A DNA stretch of 63,999 nucleotides, filler included, from Octopus bimaculoides (lineage: Eukaryota), in NCBI RefSeq assembly GCF_001194135.2. It is 5 parts of 5 records of this genome, joined end to end, with 100 filler letters (N's around TTAATTAATTAA, not from the genome) between each part and the next. Parts side by side here need not be neighbours in the genome. Positions count along the whole stretch, not along the records: positions 1 to 27,618 come from NC_068994.1; 4 more parts are not named here. One strand, 5' to 3'. A program made the translations under genes and the position numbers. Each line of letters begins with the position of its first letter. The first letter of the stretch is position 1. Shown here piece by piece: positions 1-13,720 of this stretch. Under the pieces are notes generated by a model that worked only from the letters and a program-made list of their open reading frames with translations, did no database searches and had not been told where the DNA came from.

Positions 1-807
1 ATATATACATATGTTTATATTTATTTTTTTTTACTTACTAATTATCATTTTTTATGTACATTGGCATAATGCCACAATTTAGTAGGAGATAGACTGATAT
101 AGCTAATTGAATTAAACCTTACAGAAGACTGGCTCTTATTGTATAGATTCCAGACTGATAAGCTGAAAGCCTGATTGAAACAAATTTTGCCCCTAGATTT
201 CATTGAAACTTAACTTATTATTGATCTGCTCAACAATGCTACAATCCACTGTCAAAACCCTGAATGGAGGAATAGGTATCTCTACAAGTAAGAGGTCCCT
301 TGAAAACTTGATTTTGGAAAGAAATGTTTCGTGGGTTGTAATCTTAATTAGTGACCCAACTTAAAATCACCACCTGACTCTTGGGTGCCTTTAGCTGAGT
401 TCACTTTGTTGCAAGTATTCAGATCTTCCACCAGAGGAAATCTTCCTTCCCACTTGTCTCCTTCTCACATCATTGTTTTATTTAACCCTTTAACATTTTA
501 AACCACCCCTATCTGGCCAAAATATTCTATTTGTTTTATGTTCAAATTGACCAGATCTGATCTGATCTCTCACACCTACCCTACAATATCATTCTAAATT
601 AAATAATTTTATCATTGAAAACGCAAGGCTACATGAGAGAGCAGGATTAATTCAAAATTATGTGAATAAATAAGTATTACATTTGACAAAGTAATCTAAA
701 TGCTGAAGTGTTCAACCCCACACAACCATTAACCTCTAAACTCATTCTTTCCTGCACAGAACATTTGTACTCCGAAACTTTCTCTCCTTTTATGTCTTTC
801 CTCACAG

Positions 808-913
808 GTGTTGACTTGCAAAACATTAAACTAAACATTAACAGCATCAGTCTCACTTGTCTCAAAGAGCCTGCAAAGGCTAAGAGAAACGGCCCTTTCT
901 TCAGACCCAGCAG
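808..913 (+). CDS. Candidate internal coding exon of an unidentified host gene (106 nt; VDLQNIKLNINSISLTCLKEPAKAKRNGPFFRPS)
   Basis: Acceptor tatgtctttcctcacag (AG at 806-807) and donor CAG|gtgag (GT at 914-915), with an open frame in non-repetitive sequence. Protein not recognised. Confidence 0.35.
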
Positions 914-1892
914 GTGAGAAAAAAAACAACAAAAAGTACCGAACAAACAACAGAAAACAACTTCCTTTCATAATGAAAATTTAATTACCTTTACACTGAA
1001 CATTACATTATTTTTAAACTGTAGATGTAATGATAGAGCTTACATTTATGTCTCTCAAGTATTGACTTATACTTGCTATGAATTTTTAGCTGTCTAGCTT
1101 GATTGATGTATACAAAGAGTAAACCAAATACATTTTCTTCTGTGACTTCTACTCATTTGTGTTGAAAGACAATTATATATGACACAGTTCACTTACATAT
1201 ATTGTTATGTGACACATTAAATTCTAATTTACTGATTCTCAATAAAATCTAATCTACTGATTTGTCATTAAATTTGAATCTACTGATTCTCATTAAATTC
1301 AAATTTACTGAATCTCATTCAATTTTAATTTACTGAGTCATTAACTTTAAAGCAACTGAGCCACACTCAGTGCTTATCTACCGTGTTACATTAAATTTGA
1401 ATAAATTACATCTCATCTTCATCAACATCATTATCATCATCATCGTAATCAACACCACCAATTCCACCATTTTAACGTCTATTTTTCCATACTTGGATGG
1501 GTCAGATGAGAGCTATGCTGGAACAGTATTCCCAAAAATAGGATGCCTTTTCTGTTGCCAACCCACCACTCATTTCCAAGTGAGGTCTTAACATTGTAAT
1601 CAATCAAGCAACAGATAGCCAAGACATGTTTTAAATGGAAAACTGACAAATTTGAAACTGTATGAATGAATCTCTTGTTTACAAAAGTCGTAAGACAGAC
1701 AAGGGAAATACAAATTCACTAACACATAGAAACACAGATACTCATAAATATATATTTTGTTATTATTTTTGTGTACTTTTAAAATATGTTACATACAAAC
1801 TTCAGCAGAATTTAAAATCAGAACATAATGACAAAATACTGCTAAGCGTTTTGTCTGGCATGGTAATGATTCTGCCATCATTGTGTTATTAA

Positions 1893-2105
1893 TCCTTTCT
1901 ACTGTAGGCACGAGGCCTGAAATTTGGGATGAGAGGGCCAGTCAATTAGATCGCCCCCAGTACACAACTGGTTCTTAATTTATTGACCCCAAAAGGATAA
2001 AAGGCAAAGTTGACCTCAGCAGAATTTGAACTCAGAATGCAAAGAGAGATGAAATACCACAAAGCATTTCGCCCGGCGTGCTAACATTTCTGCCAGCTCA
2101 CTGCT
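1893..2105 (-). mobile_element. tRNA-derived SINE, family A (Meta-like core), CpG-decayed copy
   Basis: Reverse complement has A-box-like TGGCAGAA, B-box GAGTTCAAATT and a core of the form GCCTTT(T/C)ATCCTTT..GGGGTC.ATAAATTAAG. The same family recurs more than 15 times in the window. Confidence 0.85.
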
Positions 2106-2274
2106 TTCGTCACTATTTTATTAATGATAAAGATTGTTTTTACTTTAGTCACAAGGGTACCAGTTTTGAGAAGTGAAAATTAGTTAGTCACACTGAGCCA
2201 AGTATTTAACTGGTATATGTGTTTGCTATTTAGAGGGTAATGAAAACCAATATTTATCATTATTATCATCATCT

Positions 2275-2460
2275 AATACCCGTTTTCCATGCTGGCATGG
2301 GTTGGATGGTTTGACTGAAAAACTGGTTCCAATCTGATTTGGCATGGTTTCTACAGCTGGATACCGTTCCTAATGCCAACAACTCCAAGAGTATAGTGGG
2401 TGCTTTTTATGTGCCAGTTATGTAACACTGGCATTGGCCATGGCTACAATCTCACTTAGC
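2275..2460 (-). mobile_element. SINE family B 3' part (GTTAGGAAGGGCATCCAGCC body, GGAAAACGG...(GAT)n tail)
   Basis: Homologous to the copies at 11960, 13440, 15720, 21660 and 27330. Confidence 0.75.
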
Positions 2461-2768
2461 TTCATAGGTCATAGAATCTAAAGAGATGGAAGAAGTGCTA
2501 CAAATTGCCACCCCACCAACCAATGCTCCAATGTTTCAGTTAAACAGCTATCTTATAATAATTTTGTTATGATATAGACATGAGGCTTACATGAAATTTT
2601 GATGGAGAGAAGGTAATTAGTCAATTGAATCAACTTCTGTACTTGGTTAGTATTTTCTTTTCTCAGCCCCAAGAAGAAGAATGACAGGCAAATTCAACCT
2701 CAGCAAAAATTGAATTCAAGACTTCAAGGTCCAAAACAAATGCTGAATGCCATGAACAAAAATAAAAT

Positions 2769-2800
<32 letters not shown>

Positions 2801-3126
2801 TGTCATCATCATCATTGTCATCATCTTCATCATCATCCCTACTATCGTAATAGCATTAAATGTGTAACGAAATGTAAGCACAAACCACAACCACAACAAC
2901 AGTCTCATAACAAGAATAATGACAATAACATCGTTATCATGAGAAGCAACAATGCCAACAAAATTTACTTTCCAGAATTCTTAACGATTAATCTAATTTT
3001 TTTTTAGTTTTCCTTCTTTCCTTCTTCCATTGAGAAAAATTCTCTCCTCAAAAGACCGATCAGAAATATGTCAGAATAACACAAAAAAGAAAGATATAAA
3101 ACAGTATAAAATAAAATTATTGAAAT

Positions 3127-3192
3127 GAAGAAGAAGAAGAAGAAGAAGAAGAAGAAGAAGAAGAAGAAGAAGAAGAAGAAGAAGAAGAAGAA
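3127..3192. repeat. (GAA)n microsatellite
   Basis: Perfect trinucleotide run. Confidence 0.95.
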
Positions 3193-3726
3193 AGAGTTAC
3201 TGCTTTCAAGAAAATTAAATTAGATACAAAATTTAAGAGCTGCTGTTTAAGATGATGGTGAAAAATTAACTTTTGATTAAAGACTGTAAGTGACAGTTAT
3301 AAAGGAATATTTTCAGTTAAGTGAGACAATTGAGCAGAATATGGATAAATTGCATAAAATATGATGAAAGTTTTAAATATAAAAAGAAACGAAAATTGAA
3401 AAAGAAGAGAAAAAGAAAAGAGGAATGATGAAGATGAGGAAAGATTAAGAAAACAAAGCAAAACAAAAAAATATACAAAAGAAAAACTAAAACAAAACAG
3501 AACAAAACTGTTTTTCTTTGAGGAAGGAATACTAGAAATATTTTACTGGAGTAAAAAGATAGCAGAGCATGTGATAAAACATATTGACTAGAAAAAGCAT
3601 TTGACTCAGATAAATCAGCTGAGAAATTGAAATGAAGATTATGTTAAACAGCATATCAATGAAGAGAGCAGAGGATGTTAACATTTGGCAACTCTGTTAA
3701 TACATATGCATATTTGTGCATGTTTG

Positions 3727-3760
<34 letters not shown>

Positions 3761-3788
3761 TATTAATAATAATAACAGCACTAGTGGA

Positions 3789-4180
3789 GGCGCAGTGGCC
3801 CAATGGTTAAGGCAGCGGACTCACAGTCATAGGATCGTGGTTTCGATTCCCAGACCGGGCATTGTGAGTGTTTGTTTATTGGGCGAAAACACCTAAAGCT
3901 CCACCAGGCTCCGGCAGGGGATGGTGGCGAACCCTGCTGTACTCTTCCACCACAACTTTCTCTCACTCTTACTTCCTGTTTCTGTTGTGCCTGTAATTCA
4001 AAGGGTCAGCCTTGTCACACTGTGTCAAGCTGAATATCTCCAAGAACTACATTAAGGGTACACGTGTCTGCAGAGTGCTCAGCCACTTGCACGTTAATTT
4101 CACGAGCAGGCTGTTCCGTTGATCGGATCAACTGGAACCCTCGACGTCGTAAGCGATGGAGTGCCAACAGCAACAACAAC
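3789..4180 (+). mobile_element. Long tRNA-derived SINE (family C) with (CAA)n tail
   Basis: A box GGCGCAGTGGCCCAATGGTTAAG, B box GGTTTCGATTCCC (3839-3851), about 300 nt of body and a CAA-repeat tail. Confidence 0.8.
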
Positions 4181-4205
4181 AGCACTAATAACAACAATAA
4201 TAATG

Positions 4206-4950
4206 ATTTCATTTATTTGCCACAGGGTGAAGGATGAGGGGGACAATACAAAGACAGACATAAAGTGTTGGGGTTTACATATGATGAAATGATAAAAAGA
4301 AAAACGATAAGAAAAAAGAAAGTAAGTATACTCAATATACACTGAAAAAGAAGAGATGTATGCATAGCATACAAAGATTAAAAGAACAAAAACAAAAAGT
4401 GGTGGAGAGGATGATAGAGATGTGGCCCACCTGATACAGGAAGGCCTCTAGGAATAATCAAGGAACCCGGCTGTGCGAGATTTCCCTGAAACACCAAGAG
4501 CAAGTGCCCTCTCCAATTCCTTCTCTCCGGCTCACAGGTCAACACTTAAGAGAGGTACCATCCACTTTTGCCATTTTTGCAATTTACCCCCACCTTTTAA
4601 TAAGCTCACCCAAGGACAGCACTTCCCTCTCCACTCTCAATTTTCTTATCAAGTGAAACATGAAGTCAATAAGAGCTCTATCAAAGAGGAATGCTTTTCA
4701 GCCTTGTTCACCAAGCAACCTCTTTCACCACAGCCACCAGGCAAAGGAAAACTTCCTTGCCTGCCCAATTGAAAGGAGGGTGGTGGTGCAGTCATCACAA
4801 GAGACTCGGCCAACAGATGGATCCATCCCACATGTGACTGCAGCTGTTCAACATAACTCCACAAGTCAGCAATGCCTGGACACTGAACAAGGGTGTGTAG
4901 AATGGTTTCATCACTCTGCATGCACCTCAGACAAGCTTATCTGACAATAC
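4206..4950 (-). mobile_element. 5'-truncated Tx1/L1-clade LINE: ORF2 C-terminal CCHC region plus 3' UTR
   Basis: Minus ORF QSDETILHTLVQCPGIADLWSYVEQL matches QSDETVLHALVQCPTISDMWAYAERL of the LINE at about 32830. The 3' UTR ends in CCCTGTGGCAAATAAA followed by an (ATT)n tail. Confidence 0.85.
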
Positions 4951-4977
4951 ATCCATGTCTGTAATAATAATAATAAT

Positions 4978-5031
<54 letters not shown>

Positions 5032-5245
5032 CCTTTCTACTATAGGTACAAGGACTGAAATTTGGAAGAGGGGGGTAATCAGTTACATCAACCCTCGTGT
5101 TTCATTGGTACTTAATTTATCGGCCCCAAAAAGATGTTGGGGGAAATTTAACCTTGGTGGAATTTGAATTCAGAATGTAGTGGTAGATGAAATACCACTA
5201 AGCATTTCACCCAGCATTCTAACAACTCTGCCAGCTCACCGCCTT
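5032..5245 (-). mobile_element. SINE family A, CpG-decayed, with (ATT)n tail at 4962-5031
   Basis: Homology to the family A consensus seen elsewhere in the window. Confidence 0.8.
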
Positions 5246-6196
5246 AATAATAATAATGATAATGATGATGATGATTTCTTTATCCAATGATTTCTTTAAT
5301 GTTTTCTATAATTGGAACAAGCCTGAAATTTGTGGGGAGAGAGCCATTCTAAAACAGATATTAGAGCTTGGTGCAGTCCTCTGGTTCACCAGTACCTATT
5401 GAACAACCCAACCAATGCCAGCATGCAAAAATGGATGTCAAAAAATAATGATGATGATACACATATATATGTACAAGATCTCTTGTTTTCCAGTGTTTAT
5501 ACTAAATCTTAAATCATAAATTATAAGTTTATGCAAAGACCTTTTTGCCTGGTTATAATCCAAGCACCAGTCACTGGTTTAATAACAAAAAATGCTATTT
5601 TTTTAACACGTGCCAAATTCGTGATTATTTTCAAAATTAACTGCGGTATATAAACAAAACATTTAATTAAAAATGAAGTTAAAATGGATTAAATATTTTT
5701 TTTAATAAAATTTCAGAATATGTTATCAGGGGAAATATTTTGGGAAATAAATAACAGATGACAATTCAATATAGATCGCACTCTCATAATAATAATAATT
5801 GCTCTAAAGAACATCTAAAATGAATTTAGAACTTGAAATCCAAGGAATGGAATACTGCTAAACCCAATGCTTTAAATTATACCCACCACAAAACTAGAAG
5901 TTCCAGAAGAGTACATATAAAAGTAAATAAGGAAAAAACAAACAAACCAAGACAATTGATCATATAAATCACAATGTAGTGTAAGCAAAAAAAACAAAAA
6001 ATACAATAATGATGTTAGTCATATATTTTATAGATAGCTGCTTGTTTCAGAGAGGACATACATTACTACTGACAAATATTTAGCATACATATATATACAT
6101 ATGCACATATATACATGCATGCATACGTATATGCCTATGTATTATATATATATATATGAATGTATGTAATTATATGTTCACACACATATACATAAG

Positions 6197-6241
<45 letters not shown>

Positions 6242-6769
6242 ATACATTTTATAGATAGCTATATATCTCTTTCTCTCTCCTTCTTTCTCTCACTTTCTCT
6301 TTACACACACACATGTAGATAGAAAGATAGATGGACAATAGATAAATAGATAGATAGATGCATACATACATACACACATACATACAGACAGACAGACAGA
6401 TAGACAGACAGACATAGAGAAATGCAAATATAAGTATATTTATATGTGTATTTGTGCATGTCTGTGCTATTTCACATATCACATAAAATGCAAGAGAGCT
6501 TGTCAGGCTTCACTTCAATGAAAATGTGTCAAACAATATTAGGCAGAACCTACACTGGACTACAACATCACATTATTGTGTATCACATGATGAAAACCAA
6601 TCAAAATTCTTCAGCAGGAAAATTTTGTTTAGCATTGAAGGCCAAGGATACTCCATCATAATATCTAAGAGTACATAAAGTAATTTTTTCCTATTATTAT
6701 TTTTTGGAAACAGGCATGATTGTACAATTAAAAAAATTCATTTTGCATGGTTGTGCTACAAATTTCTAG

Positions 6770-7085
6770 GTACAACCTCGACTAAAAGGCAGTGCTCCAG
6801 CATGGCTGCAGTCAAATGACTGAAACAAATAAAAGAGTAAAAGAGTAAAAGAGAGTATATACACACATATTTACATACAACAGAAGTTGCATGTGTGTTT
6901 GTGTGTGTGTGTGTGTCCCCTTTGTATCTGTATTTGCATCCCTGAAACCTAGCAGTTCAGCAAAAGAAACTGATAGAATAAATACCAGGCTTTAAAAAAT
7001 AAGCACTGAGGTCAATTCATTTGACTAAGATTTTTCAAGGCAGTGCCCCAGCATGGCCACAGTCTAAAGACTGAAACAAGTAAAA
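6770..7085 (+). mobile_element. Two SINE family D 3' fragments (tail ...CCAGCATGGC..CAGTC.AA.GACTGAAACAA)
   Basis: The same tail occurs at 45865 and, on the minus strand, at 41300 and 47660-47820. Confidence 0.7.
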
Positions 7086-7230
7086 TATCTTATAAATGTG
7101 TGTGCGTATATGTGTAAGGAGAGAAAAAGAGAGAGATAAATAGTTGGATAGATATGTATATATCTATGTGTGTGTATGTATATACATATATATATGTATG
7201 TATATTTATGTATACATGTGTGTGTGTATT

Positions 7231-7261
<31 letters not shown>

Positions 7262-8394
7262 GTAAAGTAAATATATATATATATATACATATATGCACAT
7301 GTATCTATATATGTATGTGCACACATACATACATACATGCATACATATATAAAATTGAACTATACACAAATTCTCTGAAACGAACTTAGGAAATGGACCT
7401 AATGAAATATACAGTCTTCACCGGATTCCTTTGATAACGAAAGGAACTCCTAAGAAATAAATAAACAAGTTTAATAAATAGAATTTCCAAAACTATCTTT
7501 TAATGTTGTCTGGCTGTTATGTATTGGCTTTTAGAGAAATATAAAGACATAAAAAAGGGGCTGTTCTTCTTCTTCTTCTTGTTTAGCCCTAGGTCAGCTT
7601 CAATGAACAAAACTATGATCAAAAGATTCTAGCTATGACCATCCCATCTTTTTAAAGCTATTGCGTATTACCCTGAATAATATATACATCCAATGAGTAC
7701 ATTTTTAAGGCACATGGTGTGATCTGAGGGAGATTTGGTTGTTATTTTTTGTGAGTCATACGACCATCCTTTCTTTATTTTATTTTATTTTTTTTTCAGT
7801 TATTGCTCTGCAGCCAATCTAGGATATCATCTTGAAAAATTTTAGTTGAAAAGATGGCCTATAGTACTTGTTTATTTTAGGTCTGGTACATACTGCATTG
7901 GTCTGTTTTGCTAAACCATTAAGCTATGGAGACATAAACAAACCAACACTAGTTGTCAAGTTGTGGTGGGATACCAATACAAACACAAAGAAACACATAG
8001 CACACATATACACACATATACACACATATGTATTATACATATACGCCCCCCCCCCACACTCATAGGCATATATATATATATAAGAAAAGTAGCTAGTTCT
8101 AAAATCACTGTAAGAGATGCAAGCAGTATCTCAGGTTGTGTTGTTACCCATCTGGAGGAGGTGTTCTCCTGGGGTTAAAAAAAAGTAATAACATTGTTCC
8201 GTATGGAACAGCCATGCTGAAGTGGCAACAAACATTACTTTTTATATACATACATACGCACACATACATACATACATACATACATACATACATACATACA
8301 CACATACATACAGATATATATATATGTGTGTGCTTCTGTGTGTGTGAGAGAGAGAGAGTGGTTGTGTGTGTGTGTGCATGTCCAAAATGCTCCC

Positions 8395-8530
8395 AAACAG
8401 TTTCATTCTACCAAATTCATTCACAAGGCACTGGTTGGTCCTGAGCTTATAATAGAAGACAAGGTGCTATGCAGTGGAACTGAACCCAAAGCCACATGGT
8501 TGTAAAGCAAGCTTTTTTTTACCACCACCC
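8395..8530 (-). mobile_element. tRNA-derived SINE family E
   Basis: Reverse complement of the ...AAGCTTGCTTTACAACCATGTGGCTTTGGGTTCAGTTCCACTGC... head. Homologous to 12955, 22912, 27046 and 59150. Confidence 0.7.
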
Positions 8531-10421
8531 ATGCCTAAAAAGAAAACACACACACACACACACACATACAAAATAATATAGATGCGATGGCCATGGCTGA
8601 CACACTTTTGATCATAGACCTGTTCAATCATAGCTGACCTGGGGCTAAACCATAAGATAAAAAAAACCCACAACAACTACAAGCAAATATATTTGAAGTG
8701 ATGCAGAAATGGTTTTCCTTTGGTCCTACCCACATTCTCTTGTCATGGCTTGCCAAATTCAGAATGACAACAGCTTGTAAAACTACACTAACTTAGTTAT
8801 TGATACAGTTTTTACAATCTTTGTTTATGGCTTGTATCTGCTGTCAGACACCTAATAAGTTTGAAGCGTACCTTGTCTCTTCACAATAGAATTGATAAAA
8901 CACAACAAAAACCCACTCTTCCAATGAATGCTGATGCAAAATATTATCTCTCCATCTGTCCACATTGCTGTCTGTCTGTCTGTCTCTTTCCCAATCCCTT
9001 TATTACTCTCATTCTCTCTCTCTCTCTCTCACACATATATATACATACATACATTCATATATATATATATATATACATGTGTATATATATATATATATAN
9101 NNNNNNNNNNNNNNNNNNNNNNNNNNNNNNNNNNNNNNNNNNNNNNNNNNNNNNNNNNNNNNNNNNNNNNNNNNNNNNNNNNNNNNNNNNNNNNNNNNNN
9201 NNNNNNNNNNNNNNNNNNNNNNNNNNNNNNNNNNNNNNNNNNNNNNNNNNNNNNNNNNNNNNNNNNNNNNNNNNNNNNNNNNNNNNNNNNNNNNNNNNNN
9301 NNNNNNNNNNNNNNNNNNNNNNNNNNNNNNNNNNNNNNNNNNNNNNNNNNNNNNNNNNNNNNNNNNNNNNNNNNNNNNNNNNNNNNNNNNNNNNNNNNNN
9401 NNNNNNNNNNNNNNNNNNNNNNNNNNNNNNNNNNNNNNNNNNNNNNNNNNNNNNNNNNNNNNNNNNNNNNNNNNNNNNNNNNNNNNNNNNNNNNNNNNNN
9501 NNNNNNNNNNNNNNNNNNNNNNNNNNNNNNNNNNNNNNNNNNNNNNNNNNNNNNNNNNNNNNNNNNNNNNNNNNNNNNNNNNNNNNNNNNNNNNNNNNNN
9601 NNNNNNNNNNNNNNNNNNNNNNNNNNNNNNNNNNNNNNNNNNNNNNNNNNNNNNNNNNNNNNNNNNNNNNNNNNNNNNNNNNNNNNNNNNNNNNNNNNNN
9701 NNNNNNNNNNNNNNNNNNNNNNNNNNNNNNNNNNNNNNNNNNNNNNNNNNNNNNNNNNNNNNNNNNNNNNNNNNNNNNNNNNNNNNNNNNNNNNNNNNNN
9801 NNNNNNNNNNNNNNNNNNNNTGTCCACATTGCTGTCTGTCTGTCTGTCTCTTTCCCAATCCCTTTATTACTCTCATTCTCTCTCTCTCTCTCTCACACAT
9901 ATATATACATACATACATATATTCATACATATATGTTCGCATGCATGTGTGTGGAGGCTTGTGGCTTCGTGGTTAGGGTCTTGGATTCATGATCATAATA
10001 TTGTAGTTTCAATTACCAGAATAGGCAGCACATCGAGTTCTTGTGCAAAACATTTCATTTCATGTTGCTGAGTAATCTTATGACAGACATTCTTCCCATT
10101 CAGTGGTGAATATACACACCATAGAAGCTAGAAAACTGGTCCTATGAACCTATATGACTTTCAAAACGATCTTCATCCTTCTTTACTACACACACATACA
10201 CACACACACATACACACACACACACACACATGCACACATATACATATATATACATATATACATATAAATACATACATACCTATACATACATATAATGTAC
10301 TCTATGTGGCTTGTGTGTTTTCTTTGTTTTGTTTGCAATGTCTTGTACACAGATATGCACCTATACATACAAGTGGATGTCGGTATGCACATACCTGTAC
10401 GTATATATGCATATACTCATT

Positions 10422-10464
<43 letters not shown>

Positions 10465-10545
10465 AACACATGTGTGTGTGTGCTTGTATCTGTGTGTCAA
10501 GCAAACACAATTGGTGTCTAAAATTTATGACAGCTGTTTCAGTAG

Positions 10546-10603
10546 AATTTTATTAATAAATTCATAGAAGATTACATCATAACATACAATCCACCATCAC
10601 CAG
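10546..10603 (+). CDS. Weak candidate exon (NFINKFIEDYIITYNPPSP-G)
   Basis: Tandem acceptor ttcagtag, donor CAG|gtaaaa and an open, protein-like frame. Weak polypyrimidine tract; protein not recognised. Confidence 0.2.
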
Positions 10604-11421
10604 GTAAAATTTACTGATGATAGTGGGTTATATGTTATGACATAATCTTCAATGAATGCATTAATAAAATTCTACCAAAACAGCAATCATAAATTTAAGC
10701 GCTACGTGTGTTTACTTTTTATACCTGTGCCACAACAAGGACTAACTTGGGAGTTTGATCTACAGTTTGGTGATGGTGATTGGATAGTGAAATGTGTATT
10801 TTTTTAATTGAAGTTAGTTTTTTATATCACCTCACCTAACACATGTGCATAAGTGCAATTCTGTGAAATATTCACGCTTATTTATATGTCAGATACATGC
10901 ATTTTAACTAAAGGTTGTATCATATGTATAGATATTTTTTGTCTGGTTATGGAAAAAGAGGAAAAATAAGAGTGAATATTTATTTTATGAGTGATGTGTA
11001 TTAAGTTTATAAAATTGTACATAAGATATATAAAGTGTATATATAAAGTGCATTAAGTAATCATCGTATTCCAATTTCTTTTACTTTTCAATGAGTAGCA
11101 GATGAGTGACTATCTTTCCATACTGACACAACACAGGCTACACTTTCAGGTTTTTTGGATAAACTTTCCAGAAATAACCCAATACATTTACCATTAATTC
11201 CATGAAATATTCACGGGTCCCGGTAGTCTACATTATCCTACCAATATTTGATTCTGTCAATGTTGTTTACATTACTTTCTCCTCTTTGTTATCATACCTA
11301 ACCATTCCTAGCATTATAAGGAATCCTTATAACTAAATTATATGCTTAAGGACTGGTATCCAGCCATAGAAAATCTTCCACAGTAACTTCTTGTCCAATC
11401 CTTAATTATGATGATGATGCT

Positions 11422-11481
<60 letters not shown>

Positions 11482-11661
11482 ATTCTCTCTCTCTCTCTCT
11501 NNNNNNNNNNNNNNNNNNNNNNNNNNNNNNNNNNNNNNNNNNNNNNNNNNNNNNNNNNNNNNNNNNNNNNNNNNNNNNNNNNNNNNNNNNNNNNNNNNNN
11601 NNNNNNNNNNNNNNNNNNNNNNNNNNNNNNNNNNNNNNNNNNNNNNNNNNNNNNNNNNNNN

Positions 11662-11776
<115 letters not shown>

Positions 11777-11959
11777 TTCACTGTGTAACTATGTACCTCC
11801 TCTATTGTAAGACACCTATTTTTGCCTCTATTTCTCTGTTACACTCTAACCTTTCATCATTTGATACAGAGACACCTGCTTCTGTCTCTCTGTCTCTTTG
11901 TCACACTCTAACCTTTCATCCTCTGACACAAGCTCCCCTTCTCAAATGTCCTGCCCCTC

Positions 11960-12260
11960 TCATAATTCCTTGTGAGTTACTTGGTTACCCTGCCAGTGCC
12001 GATGTCATATGAAAAGCATTCAGTCCTCACTGTAACATGGTTGGCATTTGAAAGAGCACCCAGTCGTAAAATTCATGCCAAAATTAATTTCACTTGTGCT
12101 AATGCCTCGTAAAAAGCACTGAGTCCACTCTGTGGAGTGGTTGGTGTTAGGGAGGGCATCCAGCCATAAAATCCCTGCCAAAGCAGACAGTAACCTAGGG
12201 TAGTTTTTCGACCTAACCATGAATGCATGGAAGATTGATGTTAAACAATGATGATGATGA
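11960..12260 (+). mobile_element. SINE family B with (GAT)n tail
   Basis: GGAGTGGTTGGTGTTAGGGAGGGCATCCAGCC motif and GATGTTAAACAATGATGATG tail. Confidence 0.8.
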
Positions 12261-12331
12261 TATATATTTGTAAGACTGAACAAATTACTGGAAATAGTAA
12301 TTAAACTTTCCTCATCTTGAACTTGTACATA

Positions 12332-12553
12332 CAGTAATCCCTCACCACATTGCAGTTCACCTATCATGGTTTATTATTTAAGCTTACACCGATTCTTCCA
12401 TGGTGTTGTTTTGCATTTATAATAAAAGAAATATATACAAAGTATAAAAATTATAAAGAAAGATTATGCAGTACAGTACTGTTTCTACTTCTCAGATTTT
12501 CACCTATCATGGGGGTTTGGAATGTAACACCTGCAATAGTCAAGGGATTACTG
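12332..12553. mobile_element. Tigger/pogo-like MITE (222 bp), CpG-decayed
   Basis: TIRs CAGTAATCCCT / AGGGATTACTG with TA on both sides. Inverted-orientation homologue of 62638-62866. Confidence 0.9.
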
Positions 12554-12817
12554 TATATCAAAAACTAAATTCATATAAAAATAATTGTCATAAACCAGTT
12601 TTTGGATCAATCCATTAAAGGATGTTTTTGTGTCTACTTTCAGTCTGGATAAAATACTCCCTGTTATCATTGCTTCTATAGCAACTGTAGTCAATCTTTA
12701 TGCTCTGTTGGTTTGGTGGGCCTCTTGTTTTTCTCTATTAAATACATACTGCTTGGATAAGTTACACAAATCCATAGACCAGATCAAAGCAGATATGGAG
12801 AAGTAACTCTTATACGT

Positions 12818-12879
<62 letters not shown>

Positions 12880-12954
12880 ATGTGTGCATAAGCAATTATG
12901 CATGCACACACACACACACACACATATACATATATACATACAGAGAGAAGAGAG

Positions 12955-13100
12955 TTATGGTGTGGCTGTGTGGAAAGAAACTTGCTTTGCAAAGACATGG
13001 TTCTGGGTTCGGTTCTTCTGTAGTTCAGTGTCTCCTACTATAGCTTCAGGCTGACCAAAGCCTTGTTGGTAGATTTAGGAGACAGAAACTGAAAGCAGCT
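12955..13100 (+). mobile_element. tRNA-derived SINE family E
   Basis: GGCTGTGTGGAAAGAAACTTGC...GGGTTCGGTT head and CCAAAGCCTTG...GACAGAAACTGAAAG body. Confidence 0.75.
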
Positions 13101-13439
13101 TGTCATACATGCACACACATGCGCACACGCACGCACACGCACACACACACACACCTGTATATAAAATAGCACTGACTTGCATGAGAGAGCCTCTGTATGG
13201 CCACAGAGCATGTTAGTAAAAGCAGTCTTCTCTCAAGACCCCTTTGGCATCTTAAAATAAAGGTAAGGATGAACTTTAATATATGTATATTTCTTTTCCA
13301 TAGAATGATGTCAATATGGAAAGGAAGTGTATTTGTGTGATCACTAAAGCTATAAGAAATAGCAATCAAAATTTCCCTCAAGTTACACTCCACTATCTTA
13401 AAGAAATATGACACAGGATAATGTTGTCTTATAGACATT

Positions 13440-13720
13440 GTTTAACGTCTGCCTTCCATGCTGGCATGGGCTGGATGGTTAGACAGGAGTTGACCAAGCA
13501 GAAGCCTGTACCATACTTCTGTGTCCGTTTTGGTATGTTTTTTACAGCTGGATGCCCTTCCTAACACCGACCACCCCACTGCGTGTGCTGAGTGCTTTTT
13601 ACGTGCCACCAGCACAGGCGAGGTTAAGTTTGGCATGGTTTATACTGCTGGATGCCCTTTAAAATTCCAACCACTTTACAGTGTGGACTGGATGCTTTTC
13701 AAGTGGCACCTGCACTGGGA
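13440..13720 (-). mobile_element. SINE family B with an internally duplicated GGCTGGATGCCCTT segment
   Basis: TTTAACGTC..TTCCATGCTGGCATGGG end and CTGGATGCCCTTCCTAAC motif. Confidence 0.75.

Noticed and set aside
3789-3860. tRNA-like sequences (also at 18800, 41190 and others)
   Set aside because: They are heads of SINEs, continue into repeat bodies, and form no complete cloverleaf.
8957-9918. Identical 98-bp direct repeat (8957-9054 and 9821-9918)
   Set aside because: It flanks an N gap exactly, which is typical of unmerged contig overlap at a microsatellite. Probably an artefact.
8861-10071. Long ORFs of 270-370 aa, and similar ones at 11.3, 24.8, 32.1, 33.3, 36.8 and 46.9 kb
   Set aside because: They are open only because of N gaps and microsatellites.
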